From: a virus
Taxonomy: Duplodnaviria; Caudoviricetes
Strand: one strand, 5' to 3'
Length of the DNA: 46,120 nt
Virus record (IMG/VR): IMGVR_UViG_3300025451_000021
Coordinates: 1-46,120 of that record
Shown here: one piece after another, positions 28,901 through 36,837 of the stretch
How positions within the stretch are numbered: position 1 is the stretch's first letter
How the letters are laid out: each line of letters opens with the position of its first letter
The notes under the pieces: model-generated
Told to the model about the DNA's origin: nothing
Databases searched by the model: none
The model's input: the letters and a program-made list of their open reading frames with translations, nothing else
Translations under genes and position numbers: made by a program

Positions 28901-30177
28901 ACCTGATCCTTGATCTACTGGATGACTTCAACACCACACTGGAGAACGGTGTGCGGTTGTCTGCGTACAAAGCCGCATTGGACAAAGGCATGAGCCGCCC
29001 GGCTGCTGCGAAGATGGCGCGCGAACTGACGGTGGACTTCAACCGCAAGGGGCGCATGGGCCGTGAGATCGGTCCGCTGTATGCGTTCTTCAACGCATCG
29101 GTGCAGGGCACGGCACGCACCATCGAATCACTAAAAGGTCCAGCAGGCAAGAAGATCATCGCAGGCGGGTTGATGTTGGGCGTGATTCAGTCTCTGATGC
29201 TGGCCGCTGCCGGGTTCGATGATGACGAGCCGCCAGAGTTCGTGAAGGCCCGTGCATTCATCATCCCAATGGGCGACAAGAAGTACATCGCCATCCCGCT
29301 TCAGTTCGGCCTGAACGCACTGCCCAACACCGGGCGGGTGATCACCGACTTGCTGCTGACAGGTGGCAAGGACGCAGGCAAAAAGACCTTCAACGCCATT
29401 GGTGAAATCATGGGATCGTTCAACCCAATGGGTGGCGGCAACATCTTCACGGCACATGGCCTGCTGACCACTGTTGCGCCAACTGTGGCCGATCCAGCGA
29501 TTGACATTGGCATGAATACCAACTTTTCAGGCTCCAAAATCGGACGTGACCGCGCAGACTGGGATACGCGACCAGGGTTCAAACTGGCACGCGAAAGCAC
29601 GCAGCGCAGCCTGACTGGTCAGGCGTACATCGGCATCAGCAAGGCGATCAACGCTGCATCTGGTGGCAACGAGTTTAAGAAGGGACTCGCCAGCCCAACG
29701 CCAGAGCAGGTTCAGTATGTGTTCACCACTGCGAGTGGTGGCCTGTATCGCGAACTGGAAAAGACGTTGAATATCGCTGGCTTGAAGGCTGATGGGTTCG
29801 AAATCAAGCCACGCATGATCCCGCTGGGTGGGCGCTTCGCTGGTGAAGCTGACGATCAGGATACTCAGCGTTCACGGTACTACCGCAACTCTGAGCGCCT
29901 GGCTGCACTTGAGGCAGAACTGAAAGGCTTTGAGAAGGATGACAACGAGGCAGCAGTCAAGCGCATCGAGTCCGAGCGCAGTGATGAGGTTGATCTGCTG
30001 GGCGATTACAAGCACATCCGTCAAGCCATTACCAAGCTCAACAAGCTGGCAGCAGACAACATCAATGATGTTGAGATGCTGAAGGAGTTGGATGCCGAGC
30101 GGCTTGAGTTGATGCGCGAACTGAATGACTCGGTACGCAAGCTGGAGAAGCGCAGCGAGTTGTTCAAGCGAGACTGA
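19963..30177 (+). CDS. Giant polyvalent internal virion protein (SLT, DdrB/ParB-like, JAB/RadC, zincin-like, ART-like and LPD38-like domains)
   Basis: AESRF..GATGLMQFMP..ASYN; LQNRDR..IAGNGR; LLHNHPSG..S.SD..HVVID; HEVGIH..EEAAAY; PLVVYHGS..G.YFT..GHDGI; TVDFNRKG..LYAFFNAS.QG. Confidence 0.85.
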   Translation: MNLFQLMTDGVNLDALPTESETKREPIAFEPSPGGRFSVPSDLNAAFDAAASDFGIDPDVLRAVAYAESRFHPDVVSGKVKSKTGATGLMQFMPKTAQEYGIDPLDPVQSIFGAAAYLRKSLDKFDGDYGKAVASYNTNPNRKDFDAEDWDARMPAETQGYLRTVFTAADQLKSGKAERPLPAGVEPSKAGAGRGVVNPTRNAPVPDTGDETARLAARYKAPDAPQQGGFIQSVGDFFKPAPTSVLESYKPTATEQQAANAQRLRYGAGPIKGDVLVAANEVASGNANSSSPTVNAVAKQMQERGDTFTGYAQSKNTPILKEGARDAKAAEFRSAGEWAVDSVSALAQGSVSIPLLPASILAPGGDTAKTLRSWRDAWSEQESDVLKAQRVVLKERIQSEEGFAGKYATTVLELVTNPALGLSEAIKQVPNYLAVIGASRFASGAVGAGFNAIEKSSPTLALANALSSGAVKGGAQATAATAGGMAASVVMTSGDAAGDVYETLTDPNKTPKKVWEQNEDYQALIQQGLSHKAAVMQIAEAKARFAAAVVAPLGLFGFMGAESALATKGIAGLAASFGPKAAAKTFGKEIVGENIEEGGTKWGGNVVTSTVDPRVKWDEGVAEAAATATVTSAPMAGLAARSQLSAPPAQTQDPRNGLIAAGLLDPQTYDGGIVGAAGTANPLLEQLKRKPAPTVESQPTTPQVPPTVTPQAPVTPDAAKTQAVDNIAAAIKELEGGTTQTAPVPAGQQAVDDGAAPMDAAQQGATQGQAEVGAVDGAGQSESAGALTQQPVLQNRDRSNPASITQMQSIASNPDYGRLGFSRDFANGAPVVAGAEQNVPAQQRGKQDTAVAVDGTRIPVQYAVVDAGEVLTSNNVDGTSNTAYGDANTPAIRAIAGNGRVAGLTAAYRQGTAAQYKQELMADTALHGVPAEVIQGMQNPVLVRVMPQSSVTANIGDLSNTQGNLSLSAVEQAKNDVSRVNLAALEFDEAGGLTQKAVRQFVQAMPKAEQGGLIDTNGQPSKQAVDRLQAAVFAKAYGNDQLVRLFAQAQDPEARLILSAMAQLAPKIARLEGAGALDIRPIIAQAAEIAVNARREGKSIALAAKQMDMAADTAVGVVLDLFASSPRSNKSIIEAIANAADFAYAEASKSDMDMFGEVQRASRDDVINQLKPQNERASQANLEQPTGRVAAENNAVGQQADTGTTADAGATEAGGPTQEANGQVNEPGAEYSVRQQFSLFGDEQSDQLQLFIDRGPDPVQAGPGAVAAQRDAVAAIADIQSVSSILAAALTRDYAARQRISLVGQKVASAEDLAVLAQVYRDPRFETFRVVFVDANNKVVSQLGLTSRLPASAAALVGTDTYAYLNGLSATAKKAGATGYYLLHNHPSGQARASTSDVRLTNTFEQHLPGLKFQSHVVIDTNEYSTIEGGFANLIKKDFGVFEPLSGSNITFNKPEDVVAYSKRLQAESGAVTLIATDTQYRVKGVTTIPAAELNGPKGMLRLKVARALMRLQSSNVFAVGRESGALAKLSGIVVDAIHVEDSGRATSLTARGIINSTNLGAFPSDRRTRVTVDSSPEFAYLRFDPSAMKSAGQRVAEGDLLTTYTPAEVTARQDAAKVAERKAAADKRAADEQAKRERERADVAQRSVAAADTFELGGNAEDNLSGQEGLKFSRTSDIKSARVALAKIMEKGVTSPDDLRNLLRVPGYSKWAKSTIAGDVAASAELRDRLAKEYPGSDWQAPKLNDQGIITLYADWVDLTSDSIANLARIADEFDAPIAVRNGAVNNDYESKILRANGFEGYMGAQERMDRPSAVMFSHIRPAGGITATTPLFSQGAKSPRTPISTITQAIAKAYGNLLPRLEGKGLVSLTQTEEEAIAAAAQARADKTGGDVEVIKVQLRASVLASQRGTTTGMPETQAPGPQGDAQQGASTGNAVAVSRQIAQAIQDDDDPYADYGLRVIPPEADVVVQPGDELPPSNQWDDGTDTGEALDGTSSARIDGDTEGAALEAIRLIGAHGKPGPNGYYYGDQVVLIKGKKSGVGEDVGEILLNDAVVVATWRKPDKGNSEVAPNEQSTPTSQGVDIRRSADGNLEGFFDPATGKSFLIADNLTAESAPGTLMHEVGIHMAAEGKFGPMFDRALTVLNDGSLESTGALRRMQESGETSGEEAAAYLVTVYETNRTNAPASVKQWIKDFIADVRAWLFSKGVLLKADQLTIADIAAVARANASRIARGGPNGGPGGGQAFSRSAMPATIEVDGKTRSTMNSNGQPIHPTLDGVRNFWKWFGDSKVVDAEGKPLVVYHGSSRDIEIFAAGADEAGQSNGNRTGAWGSYFTPSAAEASIYAEIAGGDGPQNVVPVYLAIRNPYVMNRAEWGKHSQRTAKAATTAEGRADAKAVRAGIEALGHDGIVIRDRGFNDEWVAFSPTQIKSATGNNGDFDGTNPDIRRSVRGGGQQAQQNLALNTPSPAWMLPASTKTDALVYEIQDQKVDLKRTQEAIKAAGRTITEPFDARMAETLMPGRVAYRTETFLKTEVAPLMEAMAKNNVTQNELSDYLLARHAPERNAQIAKVNTEMPDGGAGTNSAGVLMTTQAAQDHIAALTTGKRMVLQLLANKIDAITASTRDLLVREGLEKQSTMDAWTGAYKHYVPLFKDEAVESPAHPIGSGMSVTGSASKRAMGSEGEVTNMVAHILMQREAAITRAEKNRVAMSLYGLALSNPNQEVWTTIRPNMRADKIGAELAAMGVDPVEAEQGMQGVPTIRTINAVTGLVQETPNPMYKRLENALVVKVDGEDRVILFNAKNADAMNMARALKNQDGITKIDYSTGVISQALGFLSEVAGASSKTTNKIVEKTKWLNAANATRYLASINTQYNPAFGMVNVVRDIGGALVNLTTTGIADQKAKVLGDIPAAMKGIARDVRGDQARTPWSDLWVQFQEDGGRTGYRDQFIDPFKRAEAVQKDLDALQRDSKASAGKAAHLILDLLDDFNTTLENGVRLSAYKAALDKGMSRPAAAKMARELTVDFNRKGRMGREIGPLYAFFNASVQGTARTIESLKGPAGKKIIAGGLMLGVIQSLMLAAAGFDDDEPPEFVKARAFIIPMGDKKYIAIPLQFGLNALPNTGRVITDLLLTGGKDAGKKTFNAIGEIMGSFNPMGGGNIFTAHGLLTTVAPTVADPAIDIGMNTNFSGSKIGRDRADWDTRPGFKLARESTQRSLTGQAYIGISKAINAASGGNEFKKGLASPTPEQVQYVFTTASGGLYRELEKTLNIAGLKADGFEIKPRMIPLGGRFAGEADDQDTQRSRYYRNSERLAALEAELKGFEKDDNEAAVKRIESERSDEVDLLGDYKHIRQAITKLNKLAADNINDVEMLKELDAERLELMRELNDSVRKLEKRSELFKRD

Positions 30178-30196
30178 CCAACACCACCCCAAACAG

Positions 30197-30224
30197 ACCC
30201 GGCCACAGTGCCGGGTTTTTCATT
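30197..30224 (+). terminator. Rho-independent terminator
   Basis: ACCCGGC-cacagt-GCCGGGT followed by T-run. Confidence 0.8.
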
Positions 30225-30233
30225 TGTGGCACT

Positions 30234-30279
30234 GGCATATATGCCGTGCATTCTGTTTTCAACCCTACGCGACGAAAGT
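30234..30279 (+). promoter_or_regulatory. Putative late promoter, copy 4
   Basis: GGCATATATGCC 30234-30245; GAAAGT 30274-30279; directly after a terminator. Confidence 0.7.
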
Positions 30280-30342
30280 CGGTTTCACGGGCGATGTGCC
30301 CGGTGTAACCGCCTCTGACGGGTAACCGTCATGCCGTAGGAA

Positions 30343-31314
30343 ATGAGCGAACAGAACACCCCAGCACCTAACGCAGAAGACCAGATGGCAGAAGCCTTGG
30401 CCGAGATTCGCGCAGAGCGTGAAGCCCCGGCCATTGACACGCCTGACCCTGCACCCGTTGCTGTTCCAGACGCGAAGCCTGAAGCCACCGCCACATTGCC
30501 ACAGGCCACCGAGCCGCAAGCCACACCAGCCGAGCCCAGCGAGTTGCAGAAGGTGCAAGCCGAACTGCAAAAAGCGCGCAGCGAGGTTGGCCGCGTCAAT
30601 GCACTGAACCGCCTCTACAACGAGGCACGGGCCAAAGCCGAGCAGCTGGAGCGTGAGAACGCCGAACTGAAAACGGCCACGCCTGCTGCCCGTACGGAGA
30701 AGTCGCCTGATGCAAGTGACTTGCTGGCAGAGGTGGCCGAAAAGGTCAAGGACTTTCCAGAGTTGTCGGGTCTTGTCGCTGCGGTGGACATGGCCCTGAA
30801 GAACGTGGATACCAAGGCTGCGCACGTCGCCACACAGGCCGCCGCGCAAGTGGTTCAACCGCTTGAGGGGCTGCGGACTGAGGCAGAGCAGCGGAGGGCA
30901 CAGGGACAAGCAGCCGCCTACCAGGCCGCTATGCAGTCGTTCCAGTCCACCTATCCGACCGCCGTGGAGACGGTACAGAGCCAGGACTTCAAAGCCTGGG
31001 TCAATTCCGCCCCCAAGCACGTTCAATACGCTTTCCACCGGGGCCAAACCCCTGACGAAGCAATGGCCGTGCTGGATGCCTACGACGCGCATTTGAGGCG
31101 TGTTGGCAAGGCATCCATTGCCCAGTACCCAACCCAGCAGACGCAGCCCATCGCTGTTCCGGTCAAACCAACGAGTCAAGCACGCCTTGAATCAGCCGCA
31201 GGCATTTCCAGCCGCCCAAGTGGCGCGCGTGGTGCGCTGCCGCCTCAAGACGACTTTGAAGCCTCGTTGAAGTTTTTCCGTAGCCAGCGCGAGCGCAAGT
31301 CTGCAACCGCGTGA
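30343..31314 (+). CDS. Capsid scaffolding protein
   Basis: P/A/E-rich N-terminus, coiled coil, DFKAWV; directly before capsid gene. Confidence 0.75.
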   Translation: MSEQNTPAPNAEDQMAEALAEIRAEREAPAIDTPDPAPVAVPDAKPEATATLPQATEPQATPAEPSELQKVQAELQKARSEVGRVNALNRLYNEARAKAEQLERENAELKTATPAARTEKSPDASDLLAEVAEKVKDFPELSGLVAAVDMALKNVDTKAAHVATQAAAQVVQPLEGLRTEAEQRRAQGQAAAYQAAMQSFQSTYPTAVETVQSQDFKAWVNSAPKHVQYAFHRGQTPDEAMAVLDAYDAHLRRVGKASIAQYPTQQTQPIAVPVKPTSQARLESAAGISSRPSGARGALPPQDDFEASLKFFRSQRERKSATA

Positions 31315-31340
31315 ACAACTTTCCTTTCTAGGAGCCCAAA

Positions 31341-32330
31341 ATGGAATACGGTGACATCACCCCCCGCACCGCTGCTTATGCAGTGGACAAGATGCTGGAG
31401 CGCGCACAGCCCCAGTTGAACATGGCCAAATTCGCCACCCTGACCACTGTGCCCAAGGGCAAGACCAAGGTGTGCAAGTGGCGTCGTTACAACCGCATTG
31501 CGGCCAGCACCACCCCGCTGACCGAAGGCGTGACCCCATCCGGTGTGAACCCCACTGTGACCGACGTGACGGCCACCCTGGCGCAGTACGGCCAGCACGT
31601 CCAGATCACAGACGTGATTTTGGACACGCACGAAGACCCTGTGTTGACCGAGTTGAGCGCTACCCTGGGCCAGACCGCTGGTGAAACCCAAGAAATGATC
31701 ATCTACAACGTGATCAAGGCTGGTACGCAAGTGCAGTACAGCAACGGTTCCGCCCGCAACACGCTGAACACCGCGATCAACGCGAACACTTGTCGCAAAG
31801 CCATTCGTCAACTGCGCAATCAGGACGCCAAGCCTGTTAGCCAGATGCTGAAGGCAAGCCCCGGCCAAGGCACCCAGCCCATCCCCAAGTGCTACGTGGC
31901 ATTCGTGCATCCCAACGTGGACATGGACCTGCAAAACACGACCAACTTCCCCAATGGTTTTGTGCGCGTCCAGAACTACGGCACGTTTGCGCCTCTGTGC
32001 GACAACGAGCTGGGTTCTTTCGAGAACATCCGTTTCGTGTCAAGCACCCTGTACTCGCCTCTGGCGAATGCTGGTTCGGCCACGCTGAACGGCATGCTGG
32101 GTGGCACCAACGTGGACGTGTACCAGTCCATCGTGACTGGTGCTGATGCCTACGCATCGGTGGACCTGGGCGCTGGCAGCTCTGGCCTGACGCCTTTCGT
32201 GGTGTCGCCCAAGCACACCGACAGCGACCCCTATGCCCAGCGCGGCAAGGTGGGTTTCAAGATGTACAGCACTGCTGCCATCCTGAACGATGCGTGGATG
32301 ACCCGCATTGAACACGGCGTGACCGCCTAA
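31341..32330 (+). CDS. Major capsid protein (N4-gp56-like family)
   Basis: YGDITPR, LTEGVTP, L.QYG....TD...DTHED, YVAFVHP, ELGSFENIRFV, DP..QRG.VGFK. Confidence 0.92.
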   Translation: MEYGDITPRTAAYAVDKMLERAQPQLNMAKFATLTTVPKGKTKVCKWRRYNRIAASTTPLTEGVTPSGVNPTVTDVTATLAQYGQHVQITDVILDTHEDPVLTELSATLGQTAGETQEMIIYNVIKAGTQVQYSNGSARNTLNTAINANTCRKAIRQLRNQDAKPVSQMLKASPGQGTQPIPKCYVAFVHPNVDMDLQNTTNFPNGFVRVQNYGTFAPLCDNELGSFENIRFVSSTLYSPLANAGSATLNGMLGGTNVDVYQSIVTGADAYASVDLGAGSSGLTPFVVSPKHTDSDPYAQRGKVGFKMYSTAAILNDAWMTRIEHGVTA

Positions 32331-32346
32331 CAAGGCGACCTAACCG

Positions 32347-32378
32347 GGGGCTGGTTGTCACGGCCAGCCCCTTTCATT
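32347..32378 (+). terminator. Rho-independent terminator after capsid gene
   Basis: GGGGCTGG/CCAGCCCC stem then TTTCATT. Confidence 0.7.
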
Positions 32379-32392
32379 AAGGACTTTTCTTC

Positions 32393-32725
32393 ATGGCAAC
32401 TCGCAAACCCGCTGACACACAGCCGGACGAATCCACCACAAACATCGAAGTGGCTATGCAACAGCACGGCTTCTGTGGCAAGACTTGTGAAATCAAGTTG
32501 TTCAAGTCATCCGACAAGAACGAGCCCACCACGCCTTTCTTTGGCATCAATGGCTACGCCATCACCATCCAGCGCGAGAAGTGGGTGCGTGTTCCCGTTG
32601 AAATGGCTGACCACATCGAGAGCCTGGCCTACACGGTGCGAGAAGTCGATGAAGAAGAGCCTGACAACCCTGACAAGGTGAGCATGGTGGAGCAGCCCCG
32701 CTTCCCATTGCAGCGCCGGGACTGA
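32393..32725 (+). CDS. Conserved capsid-adjacent hypothetical protein
   Basis: FFGINGY...IQR...VRVP....HI motif. Confidence 0.75.
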   Translation: MATRKPADTQPDESTTNIEVAMQQHGFCGKTCEIKLFKSSDKNEPTTPFFGINGYAITIQREKWVRVPVEMADHIESLAYTVREVDEEEPDNPDKVSMVEQPRFPLQRRD

Positions 32726-32731
32726 TCTGCA

Positions 32732-33424
32732 ATGAACCTGCTCAGCCTCGCCCAAGCCGTCAAGCGTGAGTCCGGCCTGTCCGGTGGTGGCCCCGCATCT
32801 GTGGTGACCGCCACTGGCGATGACGCACGCATTTTCCAATGGGTGAACTGGGCATGGCGAGACATCCAGTTGATGCATGAGTCATGGTTGTGGCGCAGGG
32901 GCGATGCACTGGGCGAAACCAGTGTGTCCACATTGCCGCACGACCTGGCCGTGCCGGGGTTTGGGTTGACTGACTTTGGCACATGGATGGCCGAAAACCC
33001 TGACTACAAGCCCAGCACCTACCGGGTGAGCGACGGGCAGGGGCTGGAGCAGCCCATTCGGTACTTGAGCTGGGATGCGTTCCGCGCACGCTTCATTGCT
33101 GGCGCACACACCGCCGGACCTGTGCAGTTCTGGACCATCGCGCCGTCTGGTCTGATGCATGTTGGGCCAGCGCCTGACGCGGCCCACAAGGTGCGGGCTT
33201 CGTACATCAAGGATGTGCAGGACATGACGCGGGACTCTGATACGCCCGCCATGCCTTCTCGCTTCCACCAACTGATCGTTTGGCGTGCGCTGATCGAGTA
33301 CGGCGGATTTGATGCCGCCGGTGAGGTGATGCAGCGTGCAGAGCGCAACTTCCAAAGCATGATGCCGAGCTTGCTGCAAGACCAACTGCCCAAGCGGTTT
33401 ATTTCAGCAAGGCCGCTGGCATGA
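32732..33424 (+). CDS. Head-tail adaptor / tail tubular protein A-like
   Basis: WVN.AW.DIQ; GP.PD; D.P.MP.RFH.LIV..AL; synteny. Confidence 0.7.
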   Translation: MNLLSLAQAVKRESGLSGGGPASVVTATGDDARIFQWVNWAWRDIQLMHESWLWRRGDALGETSVSTLPHDLAVPGFGLTDFGTWMAENPDYKPSTYRVSDGQGLEQPIRYLSWDAFRARFIAGAHTAGPVQFWTIAPSGLMHVGPAPDAAHKVRASYIKDVQDMTRDSDTPAMPSRFHQLIVWRALIEYGGFDAAGEVMQRAERNFQSMMPSLLQDQLPKRFISARPLA

Positions 33425-35526
33425 GCAAGGCACCGCCGCTGCCGCCGCTACAAACGCAGTACTTCCCACTGGTGGGTGGTATGGATGCCGAGTCGGCCCA
33501 GCTTTCAATCAAGCCAGGTGCGGTGATCGGGGCGCTGAACTATGAAAGCTCTGCCCTTGAGGGATATGAGCGCATCGGTGGTTTTGAGCGATTCGACGGA
33601 CGTGTCAGGCCCAGCGATGCGGCCTATCAGGTGTTCGGTGCAGAGACAACATTTGCCAACATCCCCGTTGGCACGGTGATCACTGGTCAGACATCAGGGG
33701 CGACAGCCAAGGTGCTTGCGCTGCGTGGGACATCCCCCATCGCAACAGAAGCATGGGAATCGCTGATCACGGAAGACTTGAACAGCATCACGATCGATGG
33801 CGTCTATCAGTTGGTGGTTGGGCGTGTCACTGGCACTTGGCAGTTCGGTGAAACGATTCTTGCTGGTGCGACAGTCGTTGGTGTATGGGGCAAGAATGCG
33901 TCAGACATCACCGGGGTTGATGACAACGTGTTCTATGCGCTTGCGGCTGCTGATCGCCGCGCCGACATTGGCGCAGTGCCTGGCTCGGGCCCGGTGCGCG
34001 GCATCGCCGTGTTGGGTGCGACGGTGTTCGCATGGCGAGACAACACAAGTGCCACGGCATGCGTGATCCACAAAAGCACTTCATCTGGTTGGGTAGCTGT
34101 TGACCTGATGCGTGAGCTTGCGTTCACCGCTGGCAGTGGCACGATACCGGCAGAAGGATCGACCATCACAAAGGGTGCGACAACGGCGGTGGTAAAGCGG
34201 GTGGTGACTGAGACTGGCTCGTGGACGGCTGGCACGGCTGCTGGGCGGCTGATCGTCACCAATGTGACGAGTGGCCCATTCACGGCGGGTGCATTCACCG
34301 CTGGCATGACTGGCACGGCAAGTGGGGCCGATACGGCAATCTCCCTGCTGCCAGGCGGGCGCTTGGACCATGTGGTCTACAACTTCACGGGCAGCGCCAC
34401 CACCCAGCGCATCTATGGCGCTGACGGGGTGAACAAGGGGTTTGAGTTTGACGGGGCGGTGTATGTGCCCATTTCAACCGGCATGGTGACAGACAAGCCA
34501 ATACATTGCACGGCGCACCGCAACCACCTGTTTTTCAGTTTTGACGGTTCGTTGCAGCACAGCGCCATTGGGAACCCGTACTCATGGTCGGCTGTGCTGG
34601 GCGCTGCTGAACTGGCGGCTGGTGATGTGGTCACGGGTTTTCATGTGCTGCCATCGGATGACGCTGGCGGGGCACTGATGGTGTTCAGCCGAGAGCGCAC
34701 GATGGTGCTGTACGGTTCCAGTTCGGCAGACTGGAAGTTCGTGAACTTTGCCCACAATCTGGGCGCACAGCGCTGGAGTGTGCAGAGCCTGGGGCGAGTG
34801 CTGGTGTTTGACACATTGGGTGTCGCCACTGTGGCGCAGTCGCAGAGCTTCGGTAACTTTGACCGCCTGCCGCTGTCTGCCCGGATTCAGAGCATGCTGG
34901 CAAACAGGACGGTGCTGGCATCGACTGTCAGCCGGTCCAAGAACTGCATGCGCCTGTTCTTCAGTTCTGGCGACAGCATCAGCGTGACACCTATTGGCGA
35001 CATGGTTGCGTTCATGCCGATCAATTACGGCAAAACGGTGTTCTGCACAGCAGAGGCGCTGATTGGCAGTGAACACCGCAACTTCTTTGGGTCCGACGAT
35101 GGCTATGTGTACGAGGCTGACCGTGGGCGCAGCTTCGACGGTCAGGCGATTGATGCGTTCATGAAGCTGGCCTTCAACCATGCAAAGAGCCCGATTGGCC
35201 GCAAGCGCTTTCGGCGGGTGGACATTGAGGGCACGACGGAGAGCGCCTGCCGCATGTCTGTGTATGGCGAATACAGCATGGGTGACCCCGTTGTCGGGCT
35301 GACAGGCATCACCGAGATTGGCCGATCAGGGCAGGGCGCGTACTACGACCAGACAAATTTTGAAGAGAGCTTCTTTGACACGCCTCGCCATGCGATCAGC
35401 AAGGTGCGTGTCGATGGTGTTGGCACTGACATCAGCCTGGCGATTGTCAGCAGCGCGAGCAACGAACTGCCGCACACGTTGCACAGCGTCAGCACTGTGT
35501 TTACCCCCCGCAGATTGGACAGGTAA
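33421..35526 (+). CDS. Tail nozzle / tail tubular protein B-like
   Basis: 701 aa, beta-rich; GGMD..GYERI.G; HRNHLFF; RKRFRR; synteny. Confidence 0.7.
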   Translation: MSKAPPLPPLQTQYFPLVGGMDAESAQLSIKPGAVIGALNYESSALEGYERIGGFERFDGRVRPSDAAYQVFGAETTFANIPVGTVITGQTSGATAKVLALRGTSPIATEAWESLITEDLNSITIDGVYQLVVGRVTGTWQFGETILAGATVVGVWGKNASDITGVDDNVFYALAAADRRADIGAVPGSGPVRGIAVLGATVFAWRDNTSATACVIHKSTSSGWVAVDLMRELAFTAGSGTIPAEGSTITKGATTAVVKRVVTETGSWTAGTAAGRLIVTNVTSGPFTAGAFTAGMTGTASGADTAISLLPGGRLDHVVYNFTGSATTQRIYGADGVNKGFEFDGAVYVPISTGMVTDKPIHCTAHRNHLFFSFDGSLQHSAIGNPYSWSAVLGAAELAAGDVVTGFHVLPSDDAGGALMVFSRERTMVLYGSSSADWKFVNFAHNLGAQRWSVQSLGRVLVFDTLGVATVAQSQSFGNFDRLPLSARIQSMLANRTVLASTVSRSKNCMRLFFSSGDSISVTPIGDMVAFMPINYGKTVFCTAEALIGSEHRNFFGSDDGYVYEADRGRSFDGQAIDAFMKLAFNHAKSPIGRKRFRRVDIEGTTESACRMSVYGEYSMGDPVVGLTGITEIGRSGQGAYYDQTNFEESFFDTPRHAISKVRVDGVGTDISLAIVSSASNELPHTLHSVSTVFTPRRLDR

Positions 35527-36530
35527 TGAACGACCACTACACGCGAGATTACGCGCCGCCGACAGGTACACGGGTTGCCTCGTCTGACCTGATCAACGAG
35601 TTTCAGTCCGTCGAGGCTGGCTTTGACTCTGTTCAGACAGACTTTGGGTACACGCTGCACCAGGCTTCTGGCACAGCCATTGCTGCGCTACCCAACGCTG
35701 TCAGCAGGGCAACCAAGGTACTGAGTTTTGACGCAGACGGCAACCCACGCACGACGATTGCAGAGGCTGATCTTGCCGCTGCTGTGACGGCTGCATCTTC
35801 CGCAGCATCCAGCGCAGGCGTTGCGACAACACAGGCTGGGACCGCCACCACACAAGCTGTGGTGGCAACGACGCAGGCTGGAGTCGCAACAACCAAGGCA
35901 GCAGAGGCATCTGCCAGCGCGTCCAGTGCGTCAACATCATCAAGCACGGCCACCACTCAGGCTGGCATTGCGACTGCACAGGCGTCAAGTTCATCTGCCA
36001 GTGCTGGCACCTCAAGCGCAGCCGCCAGCACAGCGACAACGAAGGCAGCAGAGGCCTCATCCAGTGCGTCGGGCGCATCGACAAGTGCAAGCACGGCGAC
36101 AACACAGGCTGGCATTGCAACCACTCAAGCGGGCATCGCCACAACGCAGGCGGGCATTGCCACAACCAAGGCAGCAGAAGCCGCTGCCAGCGCCGCATCT
36201 ATCTCTGGCAGCGTGACATCGGTTAACGGCAGGACTGGCGCAGTGACTGGCGTTGCGGAGGATGGAGGGGTCTTTGTGATCTCCATCAACACGACTGCCG
36301 TTCGGTACCGGACTTATGTCCTGACCGCAACGCTGACGCTGACCCTTCCAATGTCTCCATCTGCTGGCGATTGGGTGAGGGTTGTCAACCGATCTGGCAC
36401 GACAACACCCGTCATTGCTCGCAATGGTCAGAACATCATGGGGCTGGCTGAAGACATGACGCTTGACAACGCAAACGCAACGCTAACCCTGACCTTCGCG
36501 GATTCCACGCGTGGTTGGATTTGGAACTGA
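35526..36530 (+). CDS. Tail fibre protein with Ala/Ser/Thr repeat stalk
   Basis: INEF..VEAGFD N-terminus; GIATTQA repeats; VTSVNGRTG; LTLP.SPSAGD.V. Confidence 0.75.
   Translation: MNDHYTRDYAPPTGTRVASSDLINEFQSVEAGFDSVQTDFGYTLHQASGTAIAALPNAVSRATKVLSFDADGNPRTTIAEADLAAAVTAASSAASSAGVATTQAGTATTQAVVATTQAGVATTKAAEASASASSASTSSSTATTQAGIATAQASSSSASAGTSSAAASTATTKAAEASSSASGASTSASTATTQAGIATTQAGIATTQAGIATTKAAEAAASAASISGSVTSVNGRTGAVTGVAEDGGVFVISINTTAVRYRTYVLTATLTLTLPMSPSAGDWVRVVNRSGTTTPVIARNGQNIMGLAEDMTLDNANATLTLTFADSTRGWIWN
35810..36200 (+). repeat. Degenerate 21-nt (7-aa) coding repeats
   Basis: G[VI]ATTQA units and ATTKAAEA units. Confidence 0.8.
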
Positions 36531-36540
36531 AGGGGCAGAC

Positions 36541-36837
36541 ATGAGCACATTTTCACAATTCGTAGGTGGTGGCGGTGGTGGTGCAACCATCAAGGCTATT
36601 CAGCGCGGGACGATCTCCATCTCCACAGGTGGCACCTCCGCGACAGCGACGATCACAGCCGTGGACACCGCAAAAACCGAGCTTCGCTTTTTGGGTGGCA
36701 ACGGACTCGATTCAGGCGCGTATACCAATATCCCGCGTCTAGTGCTGACGAACACCACAACCATCACTGCGACGGTGCAGTACGCCGCTGGGCCACTCGG
36801 AAGCATCGTCTCTTGGGAACTGACGGAGTACAACTGA
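36541..36837 (+). CDS. Small tail-tip protein
   Basis: IKAIQRGT..TITAVDTAKT..VSWEL.EY. Confidence 0.65.
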   Translation: MSTFSQFVGGGGGGATIKAIQRGTISISTGGTSATATITAVDTAKTELRFLGGNGLDSGAYTNIPRLVLTNTTTITATVQYAAGPLGSIVSWELTEYN

